DNA of 50,631 nucleotides from Candidatus Puniceispirillaceae bacterium (lineage in GTDB: Bacteria; Pseudomonadota; Alphaproteobacteria; Puniceispirillales; Puniceispirillaceae): NCBI GenBank assembly GCA_049615365.1, contig JBMZFK010000001.1, positions 1-50,631 on the forward strand, given 5' to 3'. The first letter of the stretch is position 1, and each line of letters starts with the position of its first letter. A model generated the notes under the pieces. It was given only the letters and a program-made list of their open reading frames with translations, searched no databases and was not told the origin of the DNA. Shown piece by piece: positions 1-10,312 of this stretch. A program made the translations under genes and the position numbers.

Positions 1-1
1 C

Positions 2-637
2 GTTTTTCGCCAGATTAGCGCTGCAGCGCATAGCCGGGTACCTGCCTATGAAGGCAATCAGGATAATGTGCGCGGCATGCTGCATATCAAAGATTTGGTT
101 GCGCATTCCCTTAGTCCCGAACAGCCGGTTTTGCGCCAACTGTTGCGCCCAGTATTATTTGTATCCCCGGCGATCAGGCTGTTGGATCTGCTACAGGAAA
201 TGCGCCTGAAGCGCCAGCATTTGGCGTTGGTTATTGATGAATTTGGCGGCGTAGACGGTCTAATCACCATCGAGGATTTGGTCGAGGAAATAGTTGGCGA
301 GATCGAAGATGAGCATGATGAGACACAAGCGCCCCGCTTTGAGATGGTCAGCAAGGATGTCGCCGTTGCAGATGCGCGGCTGGAAATGGAAGAGCTGGAA
401 TCTCATATCGGCATGGCATTGGAATGTGACGAGCGAGACGAGATTGACACGCTTGGCGGCTTTGTCTTTGCACTGGCAGGTCATGTGCCGGTGCGCGGCG
501 AGGTGCTGCATCATCATAGCGGTCTGGAATTTGAAATCATGGAATCAGATCCGCGGCGCTTGCGTCTTGTCAGGATAAGAGGCTTGAGCGCAAGTACAGC
601 AGAGCCAGGCATAGCAGGTTCAAAAACAGGCGGATGA
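2..637 (+). CDS. corC: CBS-pair/CorC-HlyC family Mg/Co efflux protein, 5'-truncated
   Basis: The frame is open from the window edge (VFRQISAAAHSRVPAY...). It has HSRVP and VIDEFGGVDGLITIEDLVEEIVGEIEDEHD motifs, a C-terminal CorC_HlyC domain (DTLGGFV), and the usual position upstream of lnt. Confidence 0.85.
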   Translation, partial: VFRQISAAAHSRVPAYEGNQDNVRGMLHIKDLVAHSLSPEQPVLRQLLRPVLFVSPAIRLLDLLQEMRLKRQHLALVIDEFGGVDGLITIEDLVEEIVGEIEDEHDETQAPRFEMVSKDVAVADARLEMEELESHIGMALECDERDEIDTLGGFVFALAGHVPVRGEVLHHHSGLEFEIMESDPRRLRLVRIRGLSASTAEPGIAGSKTGG

Positions 638-2193
638 AACAGGATCTGAAGCAGCGGCAACAGATTTTAAAGGCGCGTATAAATCGCCCTGCTTCCTTAT
701 TTTTTCTGGCATTTCTTTGTGGTGCAGGGGCCAGTCTGGCCTTACCACCAACAGGCTGGCTGCCGGTTGCCTTATTGCTGGCGGTGCCGGTTGTTCTGGC
801 TGTCGGTGCGGCGCGGCCCCTGACAGGGGTGCTATTGTTTGGCGCTGGCGGGTTTGGCTGGTTTGTCTGTTCTCTTTACTGGATTGCCAGTGCGCTATTT
901 GTTAAGGGCGGGATTCAGCTTTTGGTCGTTCCCCTCGCCTGTCTGGGCCTGCCTGTTTTATTATCGCTATTCTGGATAGTGGCGGCCTATCTGGCGTTAA
1001 AATTGCCGCTACATTCAGGTGCAAAGTTGGTCGCGCTGGCAGGGTTCTGGGGGGGCGCTGAATGGCTGCGTTCTTTTATATTCACCGGATTTCCGTGGAA
1101 TGTGACAGGGCATATTTTTGCAGAAAACCTTCTTCTTGCACAAATGGCGGCCTTTACAGGCCAGCATGGGCTTAATGTACTGGGCGGGATTTTTGTACTT
1201 GTCGCTGCGGCTCTTTATTTGCGGGAGATGCGGGCGGCGATAGGGATGTCCCTGCCTTTATGCCTGTTGATAGCGGCGGCGGCCATGCGCCTTGCGGATA
1301 TGCCGCCGCTTGCGCATCAGCAAAATGAAAAAACGACAATAAGGCTGGTTCAGCCCAATATTCCGCAAACAGAAAAATGGGATCGCAGTCGCAAGCCAGC
1401 ACATATTAAATCCATGACCAAATTGGCGCTACAGCCAGCTACCCCGGCTGTATTGACCATTTTGCCAGAGGCAGCGATTGCGGGCTTTTGGCGCGATGAT
1501 GCAGAAGGTGTGCGCAGGCTAGCGCAAGCCATCACCCCTAAAGACGGGGTGCTTTTGACCGGCATCCTGTCTTCTGATGACAAAAATAATTTCCTGAATT
1601 CAGCTGTTTTTCTGCATCATTCCGGCGGGCTTCTGGGGCAATATCATAAACAGCATCTGGTGCCTTTTGGTGAATATATTCCGTTTCACGATTTACCTTT
1701 TGTTTCGGCAATTGCCGGGCAAGGTGAATTCACTCCTGGCCCGCCTGTTGAGGATATTTATATTGAACCTTTTGGCTATATTCGTGTGCTGATTTGCTAT
1801 GAGATTATTTTTCCCGGCTTTATTGCCCGGGACAGGCGGCGCCCTGATATGCTGATCACCCTCAGCAATGATGCCTGGTTTGGCCAAACCGTAGGCCCGC
1901 ATCAACATTTTGCACAAAGCCGATTGCGTGCCATTGAAGAGGGGTTGGCTGTATATCGCCTTGCAAATACAGGGGTTTCAGGCGGTTTTGACGGGTTTGG
2001 GCGGCTGCTTGGCAAAACGAAATTGGGCCAGCAGGCGGTATTGGATTTACCCCATGTCACCGCGCAAAATCCTACATTTTATGCAGAAAACCGATTTACC
2101 GGGTTCTTGGTTTTACTTATTTGGCTTGGTATATTGGCTATTTTTCTTGAATTCCTGAATCAGAAGCGTGATAAAGGGCGGAATAAAATTTAA
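634..2193 (+). CDS. lnt: apolipoprotein N-acyltransferase
   Basis: N-terminal TM helices, FTGFPW, VQPNIPQ, KQHLVPFGEYIP, LICYEIIF, NDAWFG and ANTGVS motifs. Confidence 0.95.
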   Translation: MKQDLKQRQQILKARINRPASLFFLAFLCGAGASLALPPTGWLPVALLLAVPVVLAVGAARPLTGVLLFGAGGFGWFVCSLYWIASALFVKGGIQLLVVPLACLGLPVLLSLFWIVAAYLALKLPLHSGAKLVALAGFWGGAEWLRSFIFTGFPWNVTGHIFAENLLLAQMAAFTGQHGLNVLGGIFVLVAAALYLREMRAAIGMSLPLCLLIAAAAMRLADMPPLAHQQNEKTTIRLVQPNIPQTEKWDRSRKPAHIKSMTKLALQPATPAVLTILPEAAIAGFWRDDAEGVRRLAQAITPKDGVLLTGILSSDDKNNFLNSAVFLHHSGGLLGQYHKQHLVPFGEYIPFHDLPFVSAIAGQGEFTPGPPVEDIYIEPFGYIRVLICYEIIFPGFIARDRRRPDMLITLSNDAWFGQTVGPHQHFAQSRLRAIEEGLAVYRLANTGVSGGFDGFGRLLGKTKLGQQAVLDLPHVTAQNPTFYAENRFTGFLVLLIWLGILAIFLEFLNQKRDKGRNKI

Positions 2194-2220
2194 CGAAGCC
2201 ATAGTCGCAGGAGAAACGCA

Positions 2221-3402
2221 GTGAGCTTTCTTTTCACTTCAGAGTCAGTTTCAGAAGGTCACCCTGATAAAGTTTGTGATAAAATTTCTGATACTGTTTT
2301 AGATTTGTTTTTAGGTCAGGAAGCCGAAGCGCGTGTGGCATGTGAAACGCTTGCAACCACAAACAGGGTTGTTCTTGCAGGGGAAGTTCGCGCCTCAGAA
2401 GATAAATTAAAAACCATTTTTTCAAAAATTGAAGGGGCGGTGCGTGCGGCGGTTGCCGAAATTGGCTATGAGCAGGAAAAATTCCATCATGCACATTTTG
2501 AATTTCAGAATTATCTGCATGAACAATCAGTAGATATCGCTCAAGGGGTAGATAGTTCAGACAAGAAAGATGAGGGCGCCGGGGATCAGGGCCTGATGTT
2601 TGGCTATGCCTGCCGCGAAACAGAAGAGCTGATGCCTGCGCCTATTCATTTCTCGCATCAAATCTTAAAAGAGCTGGCGGCGCATCGTAAAGCAGATGCA
2701 AACACGCTGTTCGGTCCGGATGCTAAAAGTCAGGTGACCTTGCGGTATAATGATGATGGCTCGATAGATGGGGTTGATAAGCTGGTTCTGTCTACCCAGC
2801 ACAAGCCCGGCGTTTCTACAGATGACATACGGGCGATTGTTACCCCGCTTGTTGCCGAGATTCTGCCACAGGGGTGGATGGTTGATGCAGAAGATTTTCT
2901 TATTAACCCTACTGGCAAGTTTGAAATCGGGGGGCCAGATGGCGATGCCGGGTTAACTGGTCGTAAAATCATTGTTGATACCTATGGCGGGGCAGCACCG
3001 CATGGCGGCGGCGCATTTTCTGGCAAGGATCCGACAAAGGTGGATAGATCAGCTGCCTATGCCGCGCGGTATCTGGCGAAAAATATTGTTGCTGCTGGAC
3101 TGGCAGATAAATGTACTATCCAGATTGCCTATGCTATCGGGGTCGCTGCACCGGTATCTGTTTATGTAAATACACATGGCAGTACCAGGGTTGATGACGC
3201 CAAGCTTTCAGCCCTGTTGACCAGCAATGAGGTGATGGATTTAACCCCGCGCGGCATCCGCACCCATTTAGGGCTGAACCAGCCTATCTATACGCCAACC
3301 GCTGCCTATGGGCATTTTGGACGGCGTGCGGGCGAAGCTGGGGCAGGTACCTTTAGCTGGGAAGCTCTTGATTTAACCGATAATCTGCTGGCAGCGTTAT
3401 AA
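2221..3402 (+). CDS. metK: S-adenosylmethionine synthetase
   Basis: [35 protein letters not shown]; GTG start with AGGAG RBS. Confidence 0.98.
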   Translation: MSFLFTSESVSEGHPDKVCDKISDTVLDLFLGQEAEARVACETLATTNRVVLAGEVRASEDKLKTIFSKIEGAVRAAVAEIGYEQEKFHHAHFEFQNYLHEQSVDIAQGVDSSDKKDEGAGDQGLMFGYACRETEELMPAPIHFSHQILKELAAHRKADANTLFGPDAKSQVTLRYNDDGSIDGVDKLVLSTQHKPGVSTDDIRAIVTPLVAEILPQGWMVDAEDFLINPTGKFEIGGPDGDAGLTGRKIIVDTYGGAAPHGGGAFSGKDPTKVDRSAAYAARYLAKNIVAAGLADKCTIQIAYAIGVAAPVSVYVNTHGSTRVDDAKLSALLTSNEVMDLTPRGIRTHLGLNQPIYTPTAAYGHFGRRAGEAGAGTFSWEALDLTDNLLAAL

Positions 3403-3404
3403 TC

Positions 3405-3438
3405 CAGATTGGCCAGACTAGATCAGACTAGACTGGAC
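3405..3438. repeat. degenerate 5-bp tandem repeat (YAGAY/YGGAC)
   Basis: cagat-tggc-cagac-tagat-cagac-tagac-tggac immediately after the metK stop. Confidence 0.5.
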
Positions 3439-3470
3439 TCTCGCCTCACTGGTTGTTGACAATAGATAAG

Positions 3471-4199
3471 ATGGGGCCCGTTATGCTAGCATCACCTGCA
3501 GAAAAGATACGGTTTTACGGTCGCCGTAAAGGTCGCCCACTCAGCCAGAATATGCAGCGCCTGCTAGAAGAAGTGCTTCCTGATATACAAGTGCCAGAGG
3601 CGATAGACAAATCTTGGCTTGATAGCCGTTTTGCCCATCTGTCAGAACTGCCAGCTACAGCTGGCCAGCCTCCTGAATTGGTGCTGGAAATTGGGTTTGG
3701 AGGCGGCGAGCATTTAGCCGCTATTGCCGCCGCGCATCCGCATAATCTGTTTATCGGGGCAGAGCCATTTGTAAATGGCGTGGTAAGCTTGGTACGCCAT
3801 ATTGAACAGCAATCATTGAAAAATATCTGCATCTGGCCAGATGATGTGCGTTTGATTCTGGATAAGCTGCCGCCGCAAAGCCTGGCTTGTGTGTATGTGA
3901 TGTTTCCAGACCCCTGGCCAAAGGCACGCCATGCGGGTCGGCGCATCCTAAATCAGGAGATGTTGGACAGGCTGGCAGATTTGATCCGGCCCGGCGGTCT
4001 GCTGCGCATGGCAAGTGACCATCCGGTAGCGAAAAGCTGGCTACTGGCTGAAGCTATGCGCCATCCCGCTTTTGAATGGTGCGCACGCTCGGCCCCTGAT
4101 TGGCGTGAACGCCCCGAAGGCTGGCCGCAAACACGCTATATGCAAAAAGGTGTTACTGAAGGGCGCTTGCCAAGCTGGTTTCAGTTTCAGCGCCACTAG
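3471..4199 (+). CDS. trmB: tRNA (guanine-N7)-methyltransferase
   Basis: FYGRRKG, LEIGFGGGEH, FPDPWPKARH and TRY motifs; start uncertain (3453 TTG, 3471 or 3483 ATG). Confidence 0.95.
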   Translation: MGPVMLASPAEKIRFYGRRKGRPLSQNMQRLLEEVLPDIQVPEAIDKSWLDSRFAHLSELPATAGQPPELVLEIGFGGGEHLAAIAAAHPHNLFIGAEPFVNGVVSLVRHIEQQSLKNICIWPDDVRLILDKLPPQSLACVYVMFPDPWPKARHAGRRILNQEMLDRLADLIRPGGLLRMASDHPVAKSWLLAEAMRHPAFEWCARSAPDWRERPEGWPQTRYMQKGVTEGRLPSWFQFQRH

Positions 4200-4227
4200 C
4201 CCATTTGCCCGCATATATGAGACAGGC

Positions 4228-4256
4228 TTGAAATCTGCGGCAAAAAGCCTTATAAT
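4228..4256 (+). promoter_or_regulatory. sigma70-type promoter of the rimP-nusA-infB operon
   Basis: TTGAAA (4228-4233), 17-bp spacer, TATAAT (4251-4256). Confidence 0.75.
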
Positions 4257-4284
4257 GCATATGAACGTTTCGAATTTACTGAAC

Positions 4285-4309
4285 GGTGGGTGAACAGCCC
4301 GCCTTTTTT
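4285..4309 (+). terminator. rimP-leader type intrinsic terminator/attenuator
   Basis: GGTGGG-TGAACAG-CCCGCC hairpin followed by T6, lying between the promoter and the rimP start. Confidence 0.7.
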
Positions 4310-4386
4310 ATTGCCTTCATGCAAAAATTGCCAGGAAGGCGTGTAACAAAATTGTGCGATAATCGTGAACAGGAACATCAAAGGCG

Positions 4387-4920
4387 ATGATACCACAAAA
4401 GCTAGAACAGCTTATTGAGCCTGCCCTCGCTGATTTGGGCTTTGAATGCGTGCGCATCCGCTATATGGGTGGCGCCGGGAAATCTGCGCGTGGTCAACTT
4501 CAGATTATGGTAGAACCGATTGATTTGCGCGAAATGACTGTGGAAGATTGTGCAAAAATCAGTCGCCATCTCTCTGCCGTTCTGGATGTGGAAGACCCTA
4601 TTTCAGATGCCTATCAGCTAGAGATTAGCTCTCCTGGTATCGACAGGCCGCTTACTCGGCTGAAAGATTTCTCGCGCTTTTCTGGCGAGCTGATAAAGAT
4701 TACGCTGAAACAAATGCTTGAAGGGCAAAAGCGCTATCGTGGCCGCCTTGCAGGTGTGGATGATGAGGGTGTCATTCATGTCGAAACGCTCACCGGGCGG
4801 GTAAGCGCAACTCTGGATCAAATTGATACAGCTAAAATTGATCCAACCGAATTTTTTTCCACCCAAAAACAGCCTGCAAAAAACATAAAACAGGCACGCA
4901 CGAACAAAGAAGAGGCTTAG
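4387..4920 (+). CDS. rimP: ribosome maturation factor RimP
   Basis: TVEDCAKISR..LDVEDPI..YQLEISSPGIDRPL; upstream of nusA. Confidence 0.96.
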   Translation: MIPQKLEQLIEPALADLGFECVRIRYMGGAGKSARGQLQIMVEPIDLREMTVEDCAKISRHLSAVLDVEDPISDAYQLEISSPGIDRPLTRLKDFSRFSGELIKITLKQMLEGQKRYRGRLAGVDDEGVIHVETLTGRVSATLDQIDTAKIDPTEFFSTQKQPAKNIKQARTNKEEA

Positions 4921-4924
4921 GTCA

Positions 4925-6502
4925 ATGGATACATCTTCAATCCCCGGTCTGGAATTGTTGCAAATCGCAGATGTGGTAGCACGTGAAAAATCTATCGAGC
5001 GTGAGGAAGTGATCGCGGCGATGGAAGAGGCCATCCAAAAAGCTGGCCGCTCTAAATATGGCCATGACCGGGACATCCGGGCAATGATCGACCGCAAATC
5101 TGGCTCTATCCAGCTAGAGAGATGGACAGAAGTGGTTGAAGAAGTTGAAAATGATGCAACGCAAATGGGCATAGAAGAAGGGCGCAAGCATAATCTAGAA
5201 ACAGGCGAGTTTTTAAAACAGCCCCTGCCGCCCATTGAATTTGGCCGCATTGCAGCCCAGACCGCAAAACAGGTCATCTCTCAAAAAGTGCGCGAAGCAG
5301 AACGGTCTCGTCAATATGCAGAATATAAAGACCGGGTTGGCGAAATTGTGCTGGGTACGGTCAAGCGGGCAGAAAGCTATTCTGTAACCATTGATTTGGG
5401 CCGTGCCGAAGGGGTAATGCGCCGCGAGGAAATGATCCCGCGCGAAAATCTTAATCAAGGCGACCGGGTGCGTGCCTATATTGTAGATGTTCGTGAAGAA
5501 GTGCGCGGGCCACAAATCTTTCTTTCCAGATCTGCTAACGAATTTATGGCGAAATTATTTACTCAGGAAGTACCGGAAATTTATGACGGTATTATCGAGA
5601 TTAAAGCGGTTGCAAGAGAGCCTGGAAGCCGTGCAAAAATCTCGGTTCTGTCACGCGATCAATCGATCGATCCGGTTGGCGCCTGCGTCGGCTTGCGGGG
5701 TAGCCGTGTACAGGCGGTGGTAAGCGAGTTGCAAGGCGAGAAAATCGAGATCATTCCGTTTTCAGAAGATCCGGTTACTTTTATTGTGAACGCGCTGGCC
5801 CCTGCTGAAGTGGCAAAGGTGGTTATGGATGAAGTTGCTGGCCGGGTAGAGGTTGTGGTACCAGATGAGCAGCTAAGCCTGGCGATTGGCCGACGCGGCC
5901 AGAATGTGCGCCTCGCCTCCCAGCTTACTGGATGGTATATTGATATCCTTACCGAAGCAGAAGAATCAGAGCGTCGTCAGGAAGAATTTAAAACACGTTC
6001 GGCACGCTTTATCGAAGCCTTGAACATTGATGATGTTATCGCCCATTTGCTGGTAGCTGAAGGGTTTGTATCTATTGATGATATCGTGGCGACCCCGGTA
6101 TCTGAATTGGCCATGATTCAGGGATTTGATGAAGATATTGCTGGCGAGCTGTTAAATCGTGCGGTTGAGTTTTCAGAAGCCGAAAACAAGCGGATTACCG
6201 AAGAGCTGTCTAAATTAAAGGTTCAGGATGATCTGCGCGAAGCTGAATATCTAACCCTTGGGATGGTACTGACTCTGGCTGAAAATAAAATCCTGTGTCT
6301 GGATGATCTGGCCGAGCTGGATAGTGAAGAGCTATTAGGCTTCCTTGGCGAGCATGGCATTGAAGATGAATCTGCGGCCGGCGATATTATTATGGCTGCA
6401 CGGGCACATTGGTTTGCTGATGAAGACGTTGCTGCCGCATCTGATGCTGATGCCGACGCCGATGCTGAAGCTGACTCTGCAGCAGCAGATACAACAGAGT
6501 AA
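4925..6502 (+). CDS. nusA: transcription termination/antitermination factor NusA
   Basis: FGRIAAQTAKQVI, S1 and KH domains (IDPVGACVG, LSLAIGRRGQNVRLAS), acidic C-terminal repeats. Confidence 0.98.
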   Translation: MDTSSIPGLELLQIADVVAREKSIEREEVIAAMEEAIQKAGRSKYGHDRDIRAMIDRKSGSIQLERWTEVVEEVENDATQMGIEEGRKHNLETGEFLKQPLPPIEFGRIAAQTAKQVISQKVREAERSRQYAEYKDRVGEIVLGTVKRAESYSVTIDLGRAEGVMRREEMIPRENLNQGDRVRAYIVDVREEVRGPQIFLSRSANEFMAKLFTQEVPEIYDGIIEIKAVAREPGSRAKISVLSRDQSIDPVGACVGLRGSRVQAVVSELQGEKIEIIPFSEDPVTFIVNALAPAEVAKVVMDEVAGRVEVVVPDEQLSLAIGRRGQNVRLASQLTGWYIDILTEAEESERRQEEFKTRSARFIEALNIDDVIAHLLVAEGFVSIDDIVATPVSELAMIQGFDEDIAGELLNRAVEFSEAENKRITEELSKLKVQDDLREAEYLTLGMVLTLAENKILCLDDLAELDSEELLGFLGEHGIEDESAAGDIIMAARAHWFADEDVAAASDADADADAEADSAAADTTE

Positions 6503-6529
6503 TGGCACAGGCAGGATTGACAGGCATTA

Positions 6530-7177
6530 ATGATGAAGCCAACAACGCCCATTTTGGAAACCTGGGAGATTGCGGCTCACGCTGCCAGCCTGCGGCGTTG
6601 TCTGGCAACTGGCCAGGCTGCTGAAAAACAGCATTTGATCAGATTTGTTGCTAGCCCCGAAGGCGAGCTAGTTGCCGATATTTATGGCCGGCTTGGCGGG
6701 CGCGGTGCCTGGGTAACAGCTGAAAAACAGCATTTGGAAAAAGCGGTATCAAAAAATCTGTTCGCCCGGTTTTTACGGCACCCTGTGAAGATAAAAGACG
6801 GGTTTATTCCGCAGCTTGGAGAGCAGCTGGCGCAAATTCTTTTGAATCGTATGAGCCTGATGCGAAAAAGCGGGCTGCTTGTCACGGGTCGTGGCAAGCT
6901 GGAAATGGCCGCCGCACGCCTGGACGGGTTGCTGATAGCCGACGATGCCAGCCCGCGCGAAGCCGCCGCCCTGATACAAATGGTGCAACCAAGCTGGTGC
7001 GAGAGGGATATGCCTGCTCATCTGCTAGGCCAGATAGCCGGGGTTGATTCGCTGGCTTACGCCGGTGTTTTGATCGCGGCCTATCCATCAGAACAAAAGC
7101 AGATAAATGCGCTGATGGTCGATTTGCGGCGGTGGCGGGCAGTTACGGAAACTGAAAAACAAGAGATTAGGTCGTGA
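6530..7177 (+). CDS. YlxR/DUF448 RNA-binding protein with degenerate L7Ae-like C-terminal region
   Basis: RRCLATG..LIRFV..DIYGRLGGRGAWV motif; lies between nusA and infB. Confidence 0.8.
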   Translation: MMKPTTPILETWEIAAHAASLRRCLATGQAAEKQHLIRFVASPEGELVADIYGRLGGRGAWVTAEKQHLEKAVSKNLFARFLRHPVKIKDGFIPQLGEQLAQILLNRMSLMRKSGLLVTGRGKLEMAAARLDGLLIADDASPREAAALIQMVQPSWCERDMPAHLLGQIAGVDSLAYAGVLIAAYPSEQKQINALMVDLRRWRAVTETEKQEIRS

Positions 7178-7306
7178 GGAAAGCTTGTCATTTAGGGGCA
7201 AGCAGGTGTATTACCATGCACAAAGGTGCGAAAGGCTAAGACATAGCTACCAAGCTAAATCCTTTATTTTGGTGTTATGGGCAAAGCTGAACGGGAAAGG
7301 TCATCG

Positions 7307-9862
7307 ATGAGTGAAGAAAATAATAAGCCGAAGAAACTAAGCCTGTCTGGAAGTGGCAAGCTTTCACTCGGTGGCGGTGCGGCTGACCCCGCAAACCTTC
7401 GTGGCGGCATGGTTGGATCTGGTCGCGGAAAAACCGTTCAGGTTGAAGTTCGGCGTAAACGCGTTGGCGGTGCGGCAGTGCGTCCCGCACAGGCAAATGT
7501 TCCGGCACCTGTTACCCCTGCTGTTGAAACACCCGCACCGGACAGCGCGTCTGAAAAGCTGGATGATCGCCTGACCGCAGAAGAACGCGCCAACAGAATG
7601 AAAGTTCTGCAAGAGGGGCTGACCAAAACCAAAGATACCGCTGGTGACGCGCTGCCGGAAAGCGCAGAGCTGCCAGAAGAAGATGCGCCAGCAGAAAAAG
7701 AAGAAGTTCTGGATCCACGCGAAGCGCGCCGCCGTGCCGAGCTTGCCGAGCTTCAGGAAATTGAAAAGCAGGCGGTAGCTAACCGTCAGACAGAGACCGA
7801 AAGGCTAGCTGCGGAAAATGCCGCGCGTCAGGCAAAGATGCGCCAGCAAGAGCAGGACGTTCAGCCAAAAGGTCCGGCGCCAATCCGCGAGGATGCACCA
7901 GTGCGGAACCGCCGCAAAACCAATGAATCCGAAACGCCAATGCGCCCTGCACCGGTAAAGCGAGACGGGGATCGCAGACGATCTGGTAAAATGACCATCT
8001 CGCAGGCCCTGTCAGATGGGGATGGGCGTCAGCGTTCGCTTGCTTCTGTTCGCCGGCAACGTGAAAAAGCCCGGATGCGCGAGAGCCAGCCTCAGGTAAA
8101 GCAGGTTCGTGATGTGGTTATTCCAGATACCATTACGGTTCAGGAACTGGCCAACCGTATGGCTGAACGTGCCGCTGATGTGGTTAAAGAGCTGATGAAG
8201 CAGGGCATTATGGCGACCGTAACACAGTCTATTGATGCGGAAACTGCCGAGCTGGTCACGCTGGAATTTGGACATAAGGTTCAGCGCGTATCGGAATCAG
8301 ATGTTGAAGAAGGTCTGGTAGGCGCAGATGATAACGAAAAAGATTTACAGCCTCGCCCACCTGTGGTGACGGTGATGGGCCATGTGGATCATGGTAAAAC
8401 CAGCTTGCTAGATGCTATTCGGGCAACCGATGTAGCTGGCGGCGAATCAGGCGGCATTACCCAGCATATCGGCGCGTATCAGATTGAAACAAAATCAGGA
8501 AATCTGATCACCTTTATTGATACACCTGGCCACGAAGCCTTTACCGAAATGCGTCTGCGCGGGGCCAACACAACAGATATTGTAGTGCTGGTTGTGGCAG
8601 CAGATGATTCTGTAATGGCACAGACTATCGAAGCGATTAACCATGCAAAGGCAGCTGGATGTCCGGTGATTGTCGCGGTTAACAAATGTGACAAGCCAGA
8701 AGCCGACCCGCAGCGGGTTAGAAATGATTTGTTGCAGCATGAAATTGTTACCGAGGATTTCGGCGGTGAGGTCTTGTGTGTAAATGTATCTGCCCATACC
8801 GGGCTTGGTCTGGATAAGCTGGAAGAAGCGATTATGCTTCAGGCAGAATTACTAGAGTTAAGAGCGAACCCTGACAGACCAGCTGAAGGCAGTGTTGTAG
8901 AAGCAAAAGTAGAGCGTGGCAGAGGTTCGGTGGCAACCGTACTGGTACAGCGCGGTACCCTGCGCGTTGGGGATATCTTTGTATCTGGTGCTGAATCAGG
9001 CCGGGTCAGGGCATTGCTAAATGAACGTGGCAAACAGCTTAAACTGGCACTGCCAGGCCAGCCAGTTGAAATTCTGGGTCTGAATGGCACGCCCATGTCC
9101 GGCGATACCTTTGTTGTGGTCGAGAGCGAGTCACGGGCACGTGAAATTGCCGAATATCGCAAGCGCCGCAACCGCGATAAAGAAGCCAGAATTTCAGCCC
9201 GGGGTTCTGTTGAACAGATGCTGACCGCGATTGCCGCAGGTGAGGCAGAAGAACTACCTGTGGTTATTAAAACCGATGTACATGGATCGCTTGAAGCGAT
9301 TAGAGCGGCGTTTGACAAGCTGGCAACCGAACAGGTGCGGGTGCGTATTCTTACCGCCGGTGTCGGGGCCATTTCTGAATCAGATGTATCGCTGGCAGCC
9401 GCCTCTAATGCGATGGTAATCGGCTTTAATGTCCGGGCGATTCCGCAAGCCCGCGACCTTGCCAAAAGAGATGGCATTGAAATTCGCTATCACTCTATCA
9501 TTTATGAGCTGATTGACGAGGTGAAGGGTGCGATGGGCGGTCTGCTTAGCCCGGAACAGCAGGAAAGCTTTATTGGTTATGCAGAAATCCGCCAGGTATT
9601 CTCGGTCTCCAAGCAGGGCAAAGTGGCTGGCTGTATAGTCACTGAAGGCATTATCAAGCGGGGCTGCAAGGTCAGATTGCTGCGCGATAATGTGGTCATT
9701 CACGAAGGCAGTCTGAAAACGCTGCGGCGCTTTAAAGATGAAGTGAAAGAGGTGCGTGACGGCATGGAATGCGGTATGGCGTTCGATAATTATTCCGATA
9801 TTCAGGAAGGCGATATGATCGAATGTTTTGAGGTAAAGGAAATCGCCCGCACCCTTGATTAA
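7307..9862 (+). CDS. infB: translation initiation factor IF-2
   Basis: [16 protein letters not shown] and NKCD GTPase motifs, [20 protein letters not shown] tail; ATG 7307 has a GGAAAGG RBS (alternative ATG 7277). Confidence 0.98.
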   Translation: MSEENNKPKKLSLSGSGKLSLGGGAADPANLRGGMVGSGRGKTVQVEVRRKRVGGAAVRPAQANVPAPVTPAVETPAPDSASEKLDDRLTAEERANRMKVLQEGLTKTKDTAGDALPESAELPEEDAPAEKEEVLDPREARRRAELAELQEIEKQAVANRQTETERLAAENAARQAKMRQQEQDVQPKGPAPIREDAPVRNRRKTNESETPMRPAPVKRDGDRRRSGKMTISQALSDGDGRQRSLASVRRQREKARMRESQPQVKQVRDVVIPDTITVQELANRMAERAADVVKELMKQGIMATVTQSIDAETAELVTLEFGHKVQRVSESDVEEGLVGADDNEKDLQPRPPVVTVMGHVDHGKTSLLDAIRATDVAGGESGGITQHIGAYQIETKSGNLITFIDTPGHEAFTEMRLRGANTTDIVVLVVAADDSVMAQTIEAINHAKAAGCPVIVAVNKCDKPEADPQRVRNDLLQHEIVTEDFGGEVLCVNVSAHTGLGLDKLEEAIMLQAELLELRANPDRPAEGSVVEAKVERGRGSVATVLVQRGTLRVGDIFVSGAESGRVRALLNERGKQLKLALPGQPVEILGLNGTPMSGDTFVVVESESRAREIAEYRKRRNRDKEARISARGSVEQMLTAIAAGEAEELPVVIKTDVHGSLEAIRAAFDKLATEQVRVRILTAGVGAISESDVSLAAASNAMVIGFNVRAIPQARDLAKRDGIEIRYHSIIYELIDEVKGAMGGLLSPEQQESFIGYAEIRQVFSVSKQGKVAGCIVTEGIIKRGCKVRLLRDNVVIHEGSLKTLRRFKDEVKEVRDGMECGMAFDNYSDIQEGDMIECFEVKEIARTLD

Positions 9863-9921
9863 AACATAGGGTCGGCTGGCTTTGCCCCCCCCCTCACAAG
9901 GGCCAAGGACAGGCAGGTAGT

Positions 9922-10305
9922 ATGGTACAAAAATCACGATCAGCCAGTGCTGAGCCAAGCCAGCGTCAATTACGTGTGGGCGAGGATTTACGCCATCATC
10001 TTGCTTCTATTCTGATGCGTCAGGAAACCCATATCCCGGAGCTGGATAAGGTGTCCATCACTGTATCTGAAGTATCGGTCAGCCCGGATCTAAGCTCGGC
10101 ACGGGTTTATGTAATGACGCTAGGCGGTCAGGATATGGATCGGGTATTACCCCTGTTAAATCAATATGCCCCTGTGCTGCGCCATGAGGTAGCTGGGCGT
10201 GTACATCTGCGGCGCTTGCCAGTATTTAAATTTGTATGCGATGATTCATATGACAATGCCGACCGGATGGCCCGGCTTTTCTCTGGCATACAGTCAAAGG
10301 ATTAA
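9922..10305 (+). CDS. rbfA: 30S ribosome-binding factor A
   Basis: SQRQLRVGE..ITVSEVSVSPDLSSARVYV..P.FKF..D; lies between infB and truB. Confidence 0.95.
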   Translation: MVQKSRSASAEPSQRQLRVGEDLRHHLASILMRQETHIPELDKVSITVSEVSVSPDLSSARVYVMTLGGQDMDRVLPLLNQYAPVLRHEVAGRVHLRRLPVFKFVCDDSYDNADRMARLFSGIQSKD

Positions 10306-10312
10306 CACAGAT

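Noticed and set aside
2160-2220. SAM/SAH or SAM-V riboswitch upstream of metK
   Set aside because: The spacer is only 27 bp and has no recognisable aptamer core.
4281-4295. GAAC-N7-GAAC alphaproteobacterial LexA box in the rimP leader
   Set aside because: It is an exact pattern match, but the spacer is G-rich and forms the terminator stem, and rimP-nusA is not a typical SOS target; likely chance.
4618-5277. 219-aa antisense ORF (likewise 8839-9477, 9380-9958, 20053-20664 and many shorter ones)
   Set aside because: Shadow ORFs opposite highly conserved genes, with no family motifs.
6421-6499. Ala/Asp repeat-like tail of NusA
   Set aside because: Ordinary low-complexity acidic C-terminus.
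10199-10312. Extended truB N-terminus overlapping rbfA
   Set aside because: The in-frame TTG at 10313, just after the rbfA stop, gives a normal TruB.
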